NCBI RefSeq assembly: GCF_009834535.1
Contig: NC_045697.1
Span: forward strand, 52,578,001-52,642,000
DNA: 64,000 nucleotides
Origin: Camelus ferus
Lineage: Eukaryota
Reading direction: 5' to 3'
Below, piece by piece: positions 53,434 through 64,000 of the stretch (positions are counted from its first letter, which is position 1; each line of letters begins with the position of its first letter). The notes beneath the pieces are model-generated. The model made no database searches and was not told the DNA's origin. It was given only the letters and a program-made list of their open reading frames with translations. The position numbers and the translations under genes were made by a program.

Positions 53434-53640
53434 CTCCTGGGGTCCGGCTTCCGTCGCTCCTCCAGTTTGGCGGCTGAGTGTGGGGCTGCAGCAGCCGCTG
53501 CCGCTGCCGCTGCCGCCGCCGCCGCCTTCGCTGCCGCCACTGCCGCCGCCGCCAAAGCGCTGCCCGGCGCGCCGCCGGGGCTGGAAGCTGGGGGCCCTCG
53601 GGATCCCCGGAGGCGTGGGCCCGGGGCGCGGCGCGGCCGA
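53434..53640 (-). other. SLC4A4: SLC4A4 exon 1 (5' UTR); 3' end exact, 5' end/TSS approximate
   Basis: Inside the CpG island the minus strand ends ...GCCGCCAAACTGGAGGAGCGACGGAAGCCGGACCCCAGGAG|gtgagc (donor 53433). Splicing to exon 2 gives ...CCCCAGGAG-G-ATGGAGGAT, which agrees with my recollection of the mammalian SLC4A4 B/C mRNA leader. The TSS cannot be fixed from sequence. Confidence 0.85.
53487..53553 (-). repeat. Interrupted GGC/GCA trinucleotide repeat in SLC4A4 exon 1
   Basis: Plus strand gcagcagccgctgccgctgccgctgccgccgccgccgccttcgctgccgccactgccgccgccgcc. It gives the poly-Ala/Gly/Arg/Pro runs seen in all overlapping ORFs. Confidence 0.9.
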
Positions 53641-56450
53641 GCAGCGGGAAGTTGTCGGCGCGAGGCGCGGAGCGAGCGGGGCGCGAGCCACCCGCGCCCA
53701 AGTAGTCACAACTTTGTGGCCCGGGTGGGTGCGCGCTCCGGGGCAGGAGGGAGGCGCGGAGGGGTCGAGGGCGCTGGGGCGGGAGGGTCTTCGGCGCCGC
53801 GGGACTGGAATCTGAAGGGCCCGCGAGAAAGGGGGAGAGGGTGGCGCGGGGGGAGATGTCTACACGGCCCCCGTGGTGCGCGGCGAGTGAGTGTGTGAGA
53901 GCGCGGGCGTCTACTCTACTTTGCCTTCTGCAGCGCCTGCATATTTATGGGGATCGCCGATGTTTCTGCCAGTAACTAACACTGCAGCAGCGGTACCCGG
54001 CCCGGACGCCCCTCGGGAGCGAGCCCGGGGACGGGGAATCGGGGAAGGCGGCCGTAGCGGAGGCTGTGCCACAAGCGCGAGCCCGCGATCCATATTTAAA
54101 GCCGCGACTGGCCTCGGCCGGCCCCTTGCCCTGCCCTCGCTCGCGCCCGCCCGCCCGGCCGGCCCCCACCACCCCCGGCCGCCGCTCGGCGTCAGCCGCC
54201 CGGGCAGCCGCGGCGGCGGGGAGGGGCCTCGGCCGCACCGCCTCCGCCGGGGGCTCGGGCTCTGCGCGCAGCTCCCGCCTGGAGCTGGCCGAGGACCCTG
54301 CTCCCGACCGACCGCCTTCGCCTTCCTGGGTTCCCTCTCTCACGCCCTGAGCGGGCTGCTAGGTCCAGCTTTTTGTACTATTCACAGGAGTTCCCCGCTG
54401 GGGAGAGCTTATTCTCTCTTGCAGAACTGAAGTTGCTCGCATTTCCCAGCCCCGAACACTCCTGACGCTACTTTATAGAACTTGAGGAATATAGGTAGAC
54501 AGAGTGCTGCTAAGTCAGTGACACGATGCTAAGTCACGGTTCACTTTAGCAAAGGATGTCTGACTCTCAGCCTTGTCCTCTGCGTATGTCACTGATGGCT
54601 TCTGCCTTCCTCGAGCAGTTTGGAAAACATCTTTAGCCATCCAAGGGAGTTTCTTGAGATAAAGAGATTATTGTATTTACTCTGTTCCTAAGGCTACTAA
54701 TAAGGTTTAAGTCCTCTTTGTCAAGCAAATACTAATAATGTATCAATGACCCAGCCCCATTATGATGAATTAAGTAGACCATTAAGATCTGAACAGACTG
54801 TCAGCACACACACCATCTGATGTTCTGGGTACTGCTAGAGAGGAGCCACTTAATGGATGGAAGCCACACAGTATATGATGCAAGTGAATATGCATTTCCT
54901 ATTAATACATATTGTACATATAATAATATACATGTGGAAGTTACTGACCAAACTGCATTTTCGACAGTAGCCACCAAAACATATAAAGCCCGAGATAAAT
55001 ATCACATGCTGACTACCTGCTCCTGGTTCCAATTCTTTCTTCAGTACTAAGCTAAATTAATAAGACCTCCAGGAAAAACAAATCTGGAGGAAAATCATTT
55101 GAGAACAAAGGCTTTTCTTTCCAGTATTTAAAACTGGAATAGATCTATTGTACCTCACCAGTGTCTGGGAAGCAAGTATATACTTGTATCTTTTTTAAAA
55201 ACCTGTTGTGTTTAAAACCCTTAGTCAGTGCTCAAAAGGCACTAGGAACCACCAGAGGCTGTCTAATGTTTAAAATTAAAATATATTAATGTCGTGTGTC
55301 TGACTGTCGTTAAATCTGGCTCATATGTATGTTCACACATTCTACACGACCCACTTTGGGAAATTCAAAACAGAAGGTTTTTTTTTTTAATTTCGCTTTC
55401 AAGGTTTTGCCTATATAGTTATATTGTGGTTTTAGACTAATGTTAAAATTAACTTTCAGTCCCTGAGCACACAGTTAGCAAGAATCAGCAACCCCAAAGT
55501 AAGCTCACAGGAAAAGAGAAGCCACTTTTGTATTAAGAATTTGCCAGGGCTGTTCAGCAGTTTTTCACACTGTGGATTATGTATTTCAACATAGTTGGCA
55601 ATTTCTCATTATAATAGTGAACCAGCCATGAATGGTCAGCGTTGGTGACTGGAAAAGGAAAAGTCCAAGAAACCTATGTTTTCCAATATTCTGCTACAAA
55701 AAATATCAAACCGTCCTTCACACAAACCAAATAGGTAACCCCTGGAGGCATTTCACTATGAAGATTGACAAAATTTTACCCTGAAAGGGGTATAAACTTA
55801 GAGTGTGGAGTGGGAGGCAGGGAGGGAGTTAGAGCCTCACTGTGAGGTAAGGTTCTGTGTGTGTCTTAAATTAATGAGAAAAAGACTTGTCTTTGGCAAA
55901 AAGCCAATAACCTCTGTTATCATTCTCATTACTTGCTGTTTGTTGTCCCACAATTAAAAGAGCATGTTCCATTTCCTTTCCTATTGATTATTGTCCAGTA
56001 ATTGAGATGTATGTGTTTTTCTTTTGAAAGGTCATTGATTAAGTTTCCTCGTTAACTCTGCTTGTGGTCACCTTTGCAATTGCTATTCCGGGTGAGGACA
56101 ATGAATCCTGAAATCTTTTTTTTCACCTATCCTAAAACTTGAATTATATCCCTTGATTCTCATGAGCCCAAAGAAAGATTTATTTGTTCATTTTATATCG
56201 GAGTTCTCACAGCTGGTTGACAAGAAGAATGAACAGAAAAAATTAATGGAATTAGGAAAACAGTATAAGTAGTCTTTACTGATAATGATTTATTTATATT
56301 TTTAATAAATAACTCTCTGTGCTAAATGACCTTCTAGAATACTCATCCACTACTGAGCTTATCAATCAAGTTTCTTTAATAATCATCCGGGGTCCTTATA
56401 GGCACCTAAAGGAAACAAAGAAGGGCGGAAGAACCCTTGTTTCAACAACA

Positions 56451-56469
56451 AGCACCATCTAGTGGCAGC
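56451..56469 (-). promoter_or_regulatory. Candidate CTCF binding site
   Basis: Minus strand GCTGCCACTAGATGGTGCT closely fits the CTCF core (CCACYAGRKGGCRS) with one C>T change. It lies ~2 kb beyond the CpG island. Confidence 0.55.
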
Positions 56470-58754
56470 AGGTGATGAAACCTCCTGACGACATAGTGTC
56501 TCCAGCAACAATGAAGATGAAAGTGTTTGAATAGGCAATCCAGGCATTCCTGGTCTTGGAGAAGCATGGCACTCTTTGATTCTAAAACAGGAAGGCTGTA
56601 TGTAGAAAAATAATGCAACTAATAGGCTGTGAGATGATTATTCAAACAGATTATCATCTACAGATCTGACTTGCAGATAGGATTATTGCCACAAAGAGTT
56701 TTCTCAACCTTTGTGTGACTTTGTATAGTAACACCTCTTTGTAAAGACTTCTGTATATTTTTACTTAAAGACCTCCGTATTTAATTTTCCTCATTATATA
56801 AACCAAGGAGAGTGATGGCTTGTCACTGGATATTATATGTAAAGGATTTTATTCAACAAACAGCAGAAACCATAAATATAACTATTTTATTTGGGCTTTT
56901 TATTATTCTCTTTTATTAGAAAAGAAAACGGGTGAAAGATATCATAGAATGCTTATCCTGGAGTTGTACAAAATTGCAACATTCATATACATCTCATTTG
57001 GGGGCCTAAACAAAAGGAGGTAGTGTAGATATGTTATATCCTGTAACTACAAACTTCAAAGAATGACCAGAAATGTTTCTATCAGCTTCTTTATAAATGC
57101 CTGGCTTATTGGTGGCAGTCTGACAAACATTTTGCTATACAGAATAGAGATTTGCTTTGTGCCACTATTTGTTTTGTCTTGTAGTTGTTTTGTTATTAAA
57201 CAATATCACTGCAGAATGATCATTACAGAGGCCACTGTGGAATCAGGTTAGTCAACCACTTTGTGACATAAGAGTAAGGAGAGAGAAAACCACTTTTTCT
57301 TCTCATCTAATCTGGAATAAAAGCCACGATATAGATAAAGACAGAGAAAGGGATCGCTTAAAGACTTCATTTTTATTTCACTTACACTTCAGAAAGTACA
57401 TATTCAGTCCAACAAATTCCTGAATAAGTTCCACCAACCTAGATTTATAATCTAAATTCCCTTTTTCAAATCTCAGGTTTAAAAATAACTGTAGCCCCTT
57501 TTATGAGGAGTGAAGAAAGGTGAACACAGTTTTTGCGAGCTGTCAGCATGGCACGAGCTAGCGAAAATAATTTTATTTGGTTAAATTTGTGTCATAAATT
57601 GCTTCACAGGTTCAACTACTAAGCTCTCAACCATATCCAACTGTCATTTTAAAACACATACCTAAAGTCAAATATTAGGAGAGGTTCTAACGCCTAAAAA
57701 CAGGCACCCATCTCTGTTCATGTCAAGGAAGGCAAGTTATGCAAACTTTCTGGGCCCTCAGTTCCCTCAGCAATAAAATCAAGGGGCTTAAGATATTACC
57801 TCCAAGTCCAGTAGTCCCAACAGGATGCCAGAATATTTCCCTTTAATACAATTTGAACAATATATTTGTGATAGAGAAACATGCAAATCTTTCGGAAATT
57901 GTATTGACACACTTACTATGAAAGCTGTGCTTAATAACCCTAGGCCAGAGTTTCGGCCTCTTCGTCCTACAGGAATTCACCCATGGACGCCTAACCCAGG
58001 ACATGGGCCTCTCTCTTTGGAAAGGAAAAGGGAAAATTAAATTGAGCTACTAAGCCACTAAAACCTATGCCCTCTATGATTAAAAAGATTAGTCTGGTTT
58101 TAGGTAAGATAGTAGAAAATTACATCAGACTTCTCTACTGAAACCGACTCCCAGGGCCCTTGGACTCTGCTAATCTGTGTTTGTGTGTGTGTGTGTGTGA
58201 CCGCACCAGCCACCTCCCAGGCACAGACAGGTGCTTGTTCCTTTGTATCCTGCTGGCCTCCCACCTCCTGGAGGATGAATGAGTCCAGATGGCAGGCTGC
58301 TTGCTCTGAAGTTGCTCTTCTTTTTCTCCTGTGGACTGAGTCACATAGACACAGCTGTTCCACTGCATGGAGGCAGGTTTTCTACAGATTAACCAACCAC
58401 TGGATCAAACTGGGCCATGACCGTTCTCATCCCATTGGTCTACTCCCCAGACCAGGCCTCTCCTGGAGAGCACAACACCCCCATCTCCTTACAAAGAACC
58501 AGTTGGCACTTCTCGTACACATCTGCCAGACTGATCTCTTTATGGGAAATGCTGCAGAGTTGAAGTCTGAATATTAAAAGTTGGCCCTTTTTTTCCCCCT
58601 CTATCCCGAGGGAGGAAACATTCTAAGCAAATTTGCCCTTTATGGCTTTTCAATTTCCCCTTGCTGCCCAAAGGATGCTCAGTTCTACAAAGAACATGAA
58701 GCATGGCTGGGTCATCCATTTAGTCCACATATATTTATTAAGAACCTATTTACT

Positions 58755-58995
58755 TGGGAGTTCGAAATTTGCAGATACTAACCACTATATATAAAATAGA
58801 TAAACAACAAGTTTATACTATATAGCACAGGGAACTATATTCAGCATCTTGTAGTACCTTATAGTGAAAAAGAATATGAAAACCAATATATGTATGTTCC
58901 TATATCACTGAAGTATTGTGCTGTACACCAGAAATTGACACAACATTGTAAACTAACTATACTTCAATAAAGATATTTTTTTTTAAAAAAGAATT
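58755..58995 (+). mobile_element. 5'-truncated LINE-1 3' UTR
   Basis: gggagttcgaaatttgcagatactaac...tgtgctgtacaccagaaattgacacaacattgtaaactaactatacttcaataaa, clearly related to the copies at 7.2, 35.5 and 46.2 kb. Confidence 0.88.
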
Positions 58996-60399
58996 TTTTA
59001 AAAATCTACTTACTATGTGTCAAGGAACTTCTAGGTGATCCTAGGACAAGCAAAGTTCCAGCTCCATAAGTTTACAAGTGAACAAATAAATGGACGAGAT
59101 CATTTCCATTTCCTTGGACTATAAAACGCTATGCCGTAGTAAATGGTATGAATGGGGTGGCTCCCCATCCCCAGTTTACAGTTCCAGCGCACCCTGTTAT
59201 CCCTGTGTAATGGTAATAGCACTCCCTTTCACTCCCAAGAGAAAGTGGTGAGAAATTATAGACTTATCCTAGCTGTAGAAGAAATAAAACACAGTGAGAG
59301 GGTGAGGGGGAGCTATTCTCAAGTGTGTTAGGGAAGGCCTCTCTGACACGGTGATGTTTGAGCACACAGATCTGAAAGACAAATGAATATGTATGAAAAA
59401 TTTTAAAGGCAACTTGACAGGAGAAACAGCATTTGGCACAGAGCCTTACACATAGTAGGGACTCAATAATTCCTTGTAGAAAGATCAGTAGCATCCACTC
59501 TTTTTGGAACATTCCAAATAGCCTTACTCATCCAGAATATATTTCTATTAAGACAGATCCAGGCTCCACAAATTCCTTAAGACATCATTCTTCCTAAACT
59601 ATAGCTCTAAGACTACATCTATGTATTTATTTGCGTGTGCAAAAATATCTCAGGAAGGATATACAAGCAACTAAAAGCACTATTTGCCCCCAGGAAAGGG
59701 AACTAGGTGGTTGTGAGGTGGCCTCACAAGCAGGAGGAAGATTTTTCACTGCAGCCTTTGTACTTTTTTGAATTTTGAGCCATGTAGATAGATATCTTAT
59801 TTTTTAACTTAAATTTGAATTAAAATATGCAAATAATTTCATTCACTGCCTACAGCTATTTTCCAGACAAACTATATATAATTATATATTGTATATCATA
59901 ATAATATATAATGAACAGAGACCTTCTGATAGACAGTGAGATTAACCTCCCTACAAACTATGAAACAGTGGCTCCTGCGACACCAGGGACAGGGCTGGAA
60001 TGTCTGAGCCCTTTCATAGTGATTGGATGCTGTTCAATGCTGACAGTGTTTGCTCACGGCCCACCTGGGCTTTGTTCAAATTAGTGTCTTGGGATGAGAA
60101 GATCCTCAAAAGAAGATTGCTGCTTGTCTTGCACCTGGGCAAATAAAAATACAGTACAAAATTTTAAAATAGCATTGTATTGAGCATCTTGCTGCACCTT
60201 GATTATAGCTGTTTGGTTTTCAAAAATGAAAATCTATTACTTTTTTTCTGCTATGATAGTAATACAGTTTCATTATTAAAAAAAAATAGAGGGAATAGCA
60301 GTGAGAAATATCCTGTCAAAGAAGGCTGCTAATATTCTGGTGGCTTCCAGTTGATTGATCATATTATATTTTTTCAAAACGATGTGGTCTAAAGGTGGG

Positions 60400-60760
60400 G
60401 TCTCTGTGGGCAGAAGCTCCTGGACTCTGTCCTTTGGGTTTTTATGGAGGCTTCACTACAAAGACACCATTGATTAAAATCATTGGCCATTGGTGTTTGA
60501 ACCCAACCTCCAACCCCATTCCCCTCCCAGGATGTCAGTGGGGTGCAGCTGGGAGTCCAAACCGTCTGTAATCACGTGGTTGGCTCCACAGACAACTAGA
60601 CCCCATCCTTAGGTGAGTGACAAAATTTGCCTCGTTAATATAGCAAAAGACACCTTTATAGCTCTCTTCACTTGGGAAATTCCAAGAGTTTTTAGGAGCT
60701 GGGGGCCAGGAACCCCAGAAGAAGACCAAATGTATATAAGAAAAAATATATTTTTGGTCA
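60400..60760 (-). mobile_element. ERVL-type LTR fragment (MER21-like)
   Basis: gggtttttatggaggcttcactac...ttgattaaaatcattggccattggt...ggaaattccaagagtttttaggagct...gaagaccaaat, recognised as MER21-family motifs. Confidence 0.7.
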
Positions 60761-62649
60761 TCTGAAAAAAAAAAAAAAGATGTGGTCATTGAGGCTAATT
60801 TCAAGTGAAGACAATCTCTTTTGGCATAAAACACAAGAGATACAGTTTGAAGAGAGACAGCTAGAAAAAAGGGGTGTGAGGCCTGAATTTGACACCGTCT
60901 TTCTAAACCCAGTTGATAGCTGTTATGCGCTTATGTCAGTACAGTTCCAGAATTGCCTTTCTGCTTATGAAAGTTCATATGGAATAGGCTATTGACAGTG
61001 TCTACCATGGGGTAATGAAAATATTGATAGCCCCTCTTAGCAGTACTAATACTAATACTGCTGATAGCCAACACGACGTAGCGATTACGACATTCCAGGG
61101 ACTGTTCTAATTACTTAACATAAATGAACTCATTTCATCTTCATAATAACCCTATTATGAGTAGTGTTATCACCCCCATAATCAAAAGAAGCAATGTGAA
61201 TACCAGAACTCCATGTATTTTCTTACCTGTCAACTCTGTTTCAGATTTCCTTAAAACTTAGCGTAAGTTCGGAGTTGGGGGTTGGTCTTTCTCTGTAAAC
61301 TTAAACATCTGATCCAGAGAGTTGGCTAATCATTGGGGAAATCCACACAATACGATACCTTAATTACATCTACCGCTCCAATTTCAACTGAACCTGACAG
61401 AGCACAAGTACACTAACACCAACACCTGCATATACTTTCTGAGAAATCAGCTATCCAAAACCAGGACTTTTGGAAGTTGAAGCCACTATACTTTGGTTTT
61501 ATTTTCTTTTTTAACATGTCTACTTTTTTAAGCATAGCTATTTAAAATGAGATTTTTTTTGTGTGGTGTTTTCTTTTAACATTAATCCCATGTATGTGCT
61601 TTCTATCCACAATCATCCCTAGAGGACACAAAATAGACACACAACATATATGTTTGAAGGCCATTACTGACTTTCCATGAATGGGTCACACCATGGTATT
61701 TGCTTGGTCCATTCCTCCTTAATTTTTTAATTTTTCATGTTAAAATAAGTGGTAGAGGAAAATCTTTTTCTTGGTGTTCTGGTATTGTTATTGTTGTTTT
61801 GGTATTTCAGCCCTGGCCTGGTAGTAGCAATCTTCATCCCTAAATTAAATTGTAAGACTTTCATCTCTGTTTATCAAAAACTAACATTTCATCCAGAATT
61901 ACACAGAAATAGGTAGCCAATTTCCTTCAGTAATTCTTTCTTGCTTAAACTTAAAGGTTAGTACTTAGTAAACATTTGTCAGAAACTATCTGTAATAGCA
62001 TATATAATGGTAAGACAGAAACTGAAAGAGGGAAATAATTTTCAAATAATTAAAAGGTAAATTCCTTTCCTCTCAATTTTCCATTTGAGGACTTTGTGAA
62101 CTTTGATCCAGGAAAAGTAGCCTCAAATCACTTGTACGTGCTCACATTTCTTCATAGGCTCAGTGATGTCTTGGAACCAACAGCCTGACATCCTAGTCCA
62201 GGGAACATATTAAAAATAAACCCTAAAGAGGAACAATGTAGAAGAAGGAGTGCTAGACAGCTCTTGCTGCTCCAGCCAGTGGCCCTCAAATTCCATTACT
62301 GCTTCTTTGATTAAATTAAAATACAATAAGTACTGAGTACTTATTTAACACTTTGTCTATCCTGGCAAGAGAAAAAGACATTTCCATTTAGAGAAACAAC
62401 TATTCAAAAGCTTCTGCTGATGCTGCAGTTACTATTTGGAATAAAGAAGAGAGTAATCAAGTAGATGAAGGTGATTTTTCGGAGAACATAGAAGAAAAGA
62501 TTACCTACTAGGTATAGGGTGCTGTCCTAATAAACTGCTCTCCTAGTCTGGCTTTAGCAGAGACCACCAGTCAAGGGAAATGGGAGGAGTCCGGTGTAAT
62601 GCTAAAAGATTTTAAGGAAATAAATTCAGAGCTGCATCCAACGATTAAT

Positions 62650-62845
62650 AATGGCTACCATTTGTCAAGAACTTCCTAATCCTTATGGAAACCTTGTACA
62701 ATATAAAAATTATCCCTATTTTACAATTGAGGAAAGAGAGGCTCCGAAACATCAAGCGCCCAACCTCAGGTCATACACGTACCAAAGTTACGGAGCCAGG
62801 GTTCCGAACCCAGGCCTAAGCTCCCCCTCCTTCCACTCTACCATG
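62650..62845 (-). mobile_element. MIR SINE (decayed)
   Basis: tatccctattttacaattgaggaaagagaggctc...caggtcatacac...ggagccagggttccgaacccaggc. Confidence 0.6.
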
Positions 62846-63407
62846 CTTTCTCAGTCTACCCCGGGGAGGTACATGGAGAAAATGAAGACTGCATGGTCCT
62901 TGGTTTTTGGTGGGAAGTCTGGGCTCTTTTCCACCCACCCACCTTCATTTTCAGCCTAAACTGCACACAATGCAGGTTGTCTTCCTAAAGCACCATTTTG
63001 ATTAAGCTCTCGCCCTCCCTTTAAAAAACAAACAGAAACCCACTTTCAAAGCTCTTCATCAACTACTGAATGAAGTGCAAGTTATCTAGCTTAGAGTTAG
63101 TGGCCTTTCCTGACCTGGTTTCAACCAGCTATTCCTATACACAGCCTGATGCGCCACACAATGCAGATTTCTCACCATTTCCCAACACAAGCATTTTGTT
63201 TTCTTGACCCTGGTTGCCAGCTAATGCCAATTTTTTCTTTTTCTTTTCTTTTTTTTTTTTTTTTTAACAGGAATGACTTTCTTTCCTGGAGGAGGTTTGA
63301 GGTGCCTTTTAGGCATCCAATTCTAATAAACAATATCACAAACGTTAACATTTCAGGGAACACTTACATTTTCTCAGCTGTGTACTCACTCACTGTTTCT
63401 TTGCCAG

Positions 63408-64000
63408 TGTGGCAGATTGTATCTCCCAAAGTGACATCTCCCATCGTCACTTCCTCTCCTCTGGTGTGACCCTACCACTTCCCTGTGAAGAGGTAGAGGC
63501 TAACCCTCCTCTCCGGGAACCTGGATGGGCGTGGGCCTGCTTTCGCCAGCAGAACACAGCGGAAGGGAGTCTGTATGGCTTCAAGGCTGGGTCATAAGGG
63601 ATGATGCAGCTATCACTCTGTTTGCTGGAACAGTCACACTTAGAGCCTTGAACTGCCATTTAAGTCCAGTTGTCTTAAGGCTGCCGTGCTTGGCTCCAAG
63701 CCAAGCCACTTGGAGCAACCACATGAAGAAGCCACCTATAGGCAGTCCAGCTGGCAGTTCTAGTCGCCAAGTCTTCCCAACACAGGCCCCAGCTGTATGA
63801 GCAAAGGGGCCTCCAAATGATTTAGCCCCCGATCATCAAATCACCCCAGCCCTTAAACCTTCTCAGCTGAAATCCTAGACACTGTGGAGCAGAGACAGGC
63901 ACTCTTGCTGTCTGCTGTGCTGACCCACAGGATCTGTGAGCATAATAAATGATGATCATAAGCTACTAAATGTTGGGGTAGTTCATTAAGCAGCAATAAT
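63408..64000 (+). mobile_element. MaLR solo LTR (MLT1H-like), running to the window end
   Basis: Starts TGTGGCAGATTGTAT. Contains cttcaaggctgggtcataag, gagcagagaca and cccacaggatctgtgagcatAATAAA...aagctactaaatgttggggtagtt...gcagcaata. Confidence 0.8.

Larger units (their letters stand above)
52860..54360. promoter_or_regulatory. CpG island / SLC4A4 distal (B/C) promoter
   Basis: About 1.5 kb of very GC-rich, CpG-dense sequence in otherwise CpG-depleted DNA. It surrounds exon 1 and contains GC-box-like motifs plus two AT-rich TATA-like patches (~53941-53948 atatttat; ~54092-54100 atatttaaa). Confidence 0.9.

Noticed and set aside
52533..54430. Multiple long ORFs (up to 326 aa) on both strands
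   Set aside because: They are Pro/Arg/Gly/Ala low-complexity products of a GC-rich CpG island with few stop codons. Most start at GTG/TTG, they overlap in all frames, and none has a recognisable domain.
61221..61450. Minus-strand CAG|GTAAGA donor as an upstream non-coding SLC4A4 exon
   Set aside because: No convincing polypyrimidine/AG acceptor or promoter nearby, and isolated donors are common.
1..64000. CRISPR arrays, operons or other prokaryotic/viral systems
   Set aside because: The sequence is eukaryotic intronic DNA. There is no repeat-spacer array, no dense coding region and no intact retroviral or transposase ORF.

Overview
Mammalian genomic DNA, most likely camelid (inferred from four copies of a tRNA-Ala-derived, Vic-1-like SINE). 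The window holds the 5' end of SLC4A4 (electrogenic Na+/HCO3- cotransporter NBCe1, B/C-type N-terminus) on the minus strand. Its parts are a CpG-island promoter and GGC-rich exon 1 (donor at 53433), a ~42.8 kb intron 1, coding exon 2 (10522-10595; [25 protein letters not shown]) and part of intron 2. Exon 3 lies beyond position 1. The rest is intronic or upstream sequence with L1, L2, MIR, MaLR/ERVL LTR, SINE and microsatellite repeats, and almost all ORFs in the supplied track are spurious. I see no novel multi-gene system. The most interesting signals are three independent candidate ways to remodel the regulatory N-terminus of NBCe1-B/C: (1) a frame-preserving 30-nt microexon at 2319-2348 (adds AYQNGRNSCS); (2) an in-frame CUG in a strong Kozak context in exon 1 (adds 11 aa); (3) an ATG-initiated, stop-free in-frame extension through the exon 2 acceptor. 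All three are predictions from sequence alone, and I could not check whether they are already annotated. Repeat family names come from recognition, not from a RepeatMasker run, and boundaries of old repeats are approximate.
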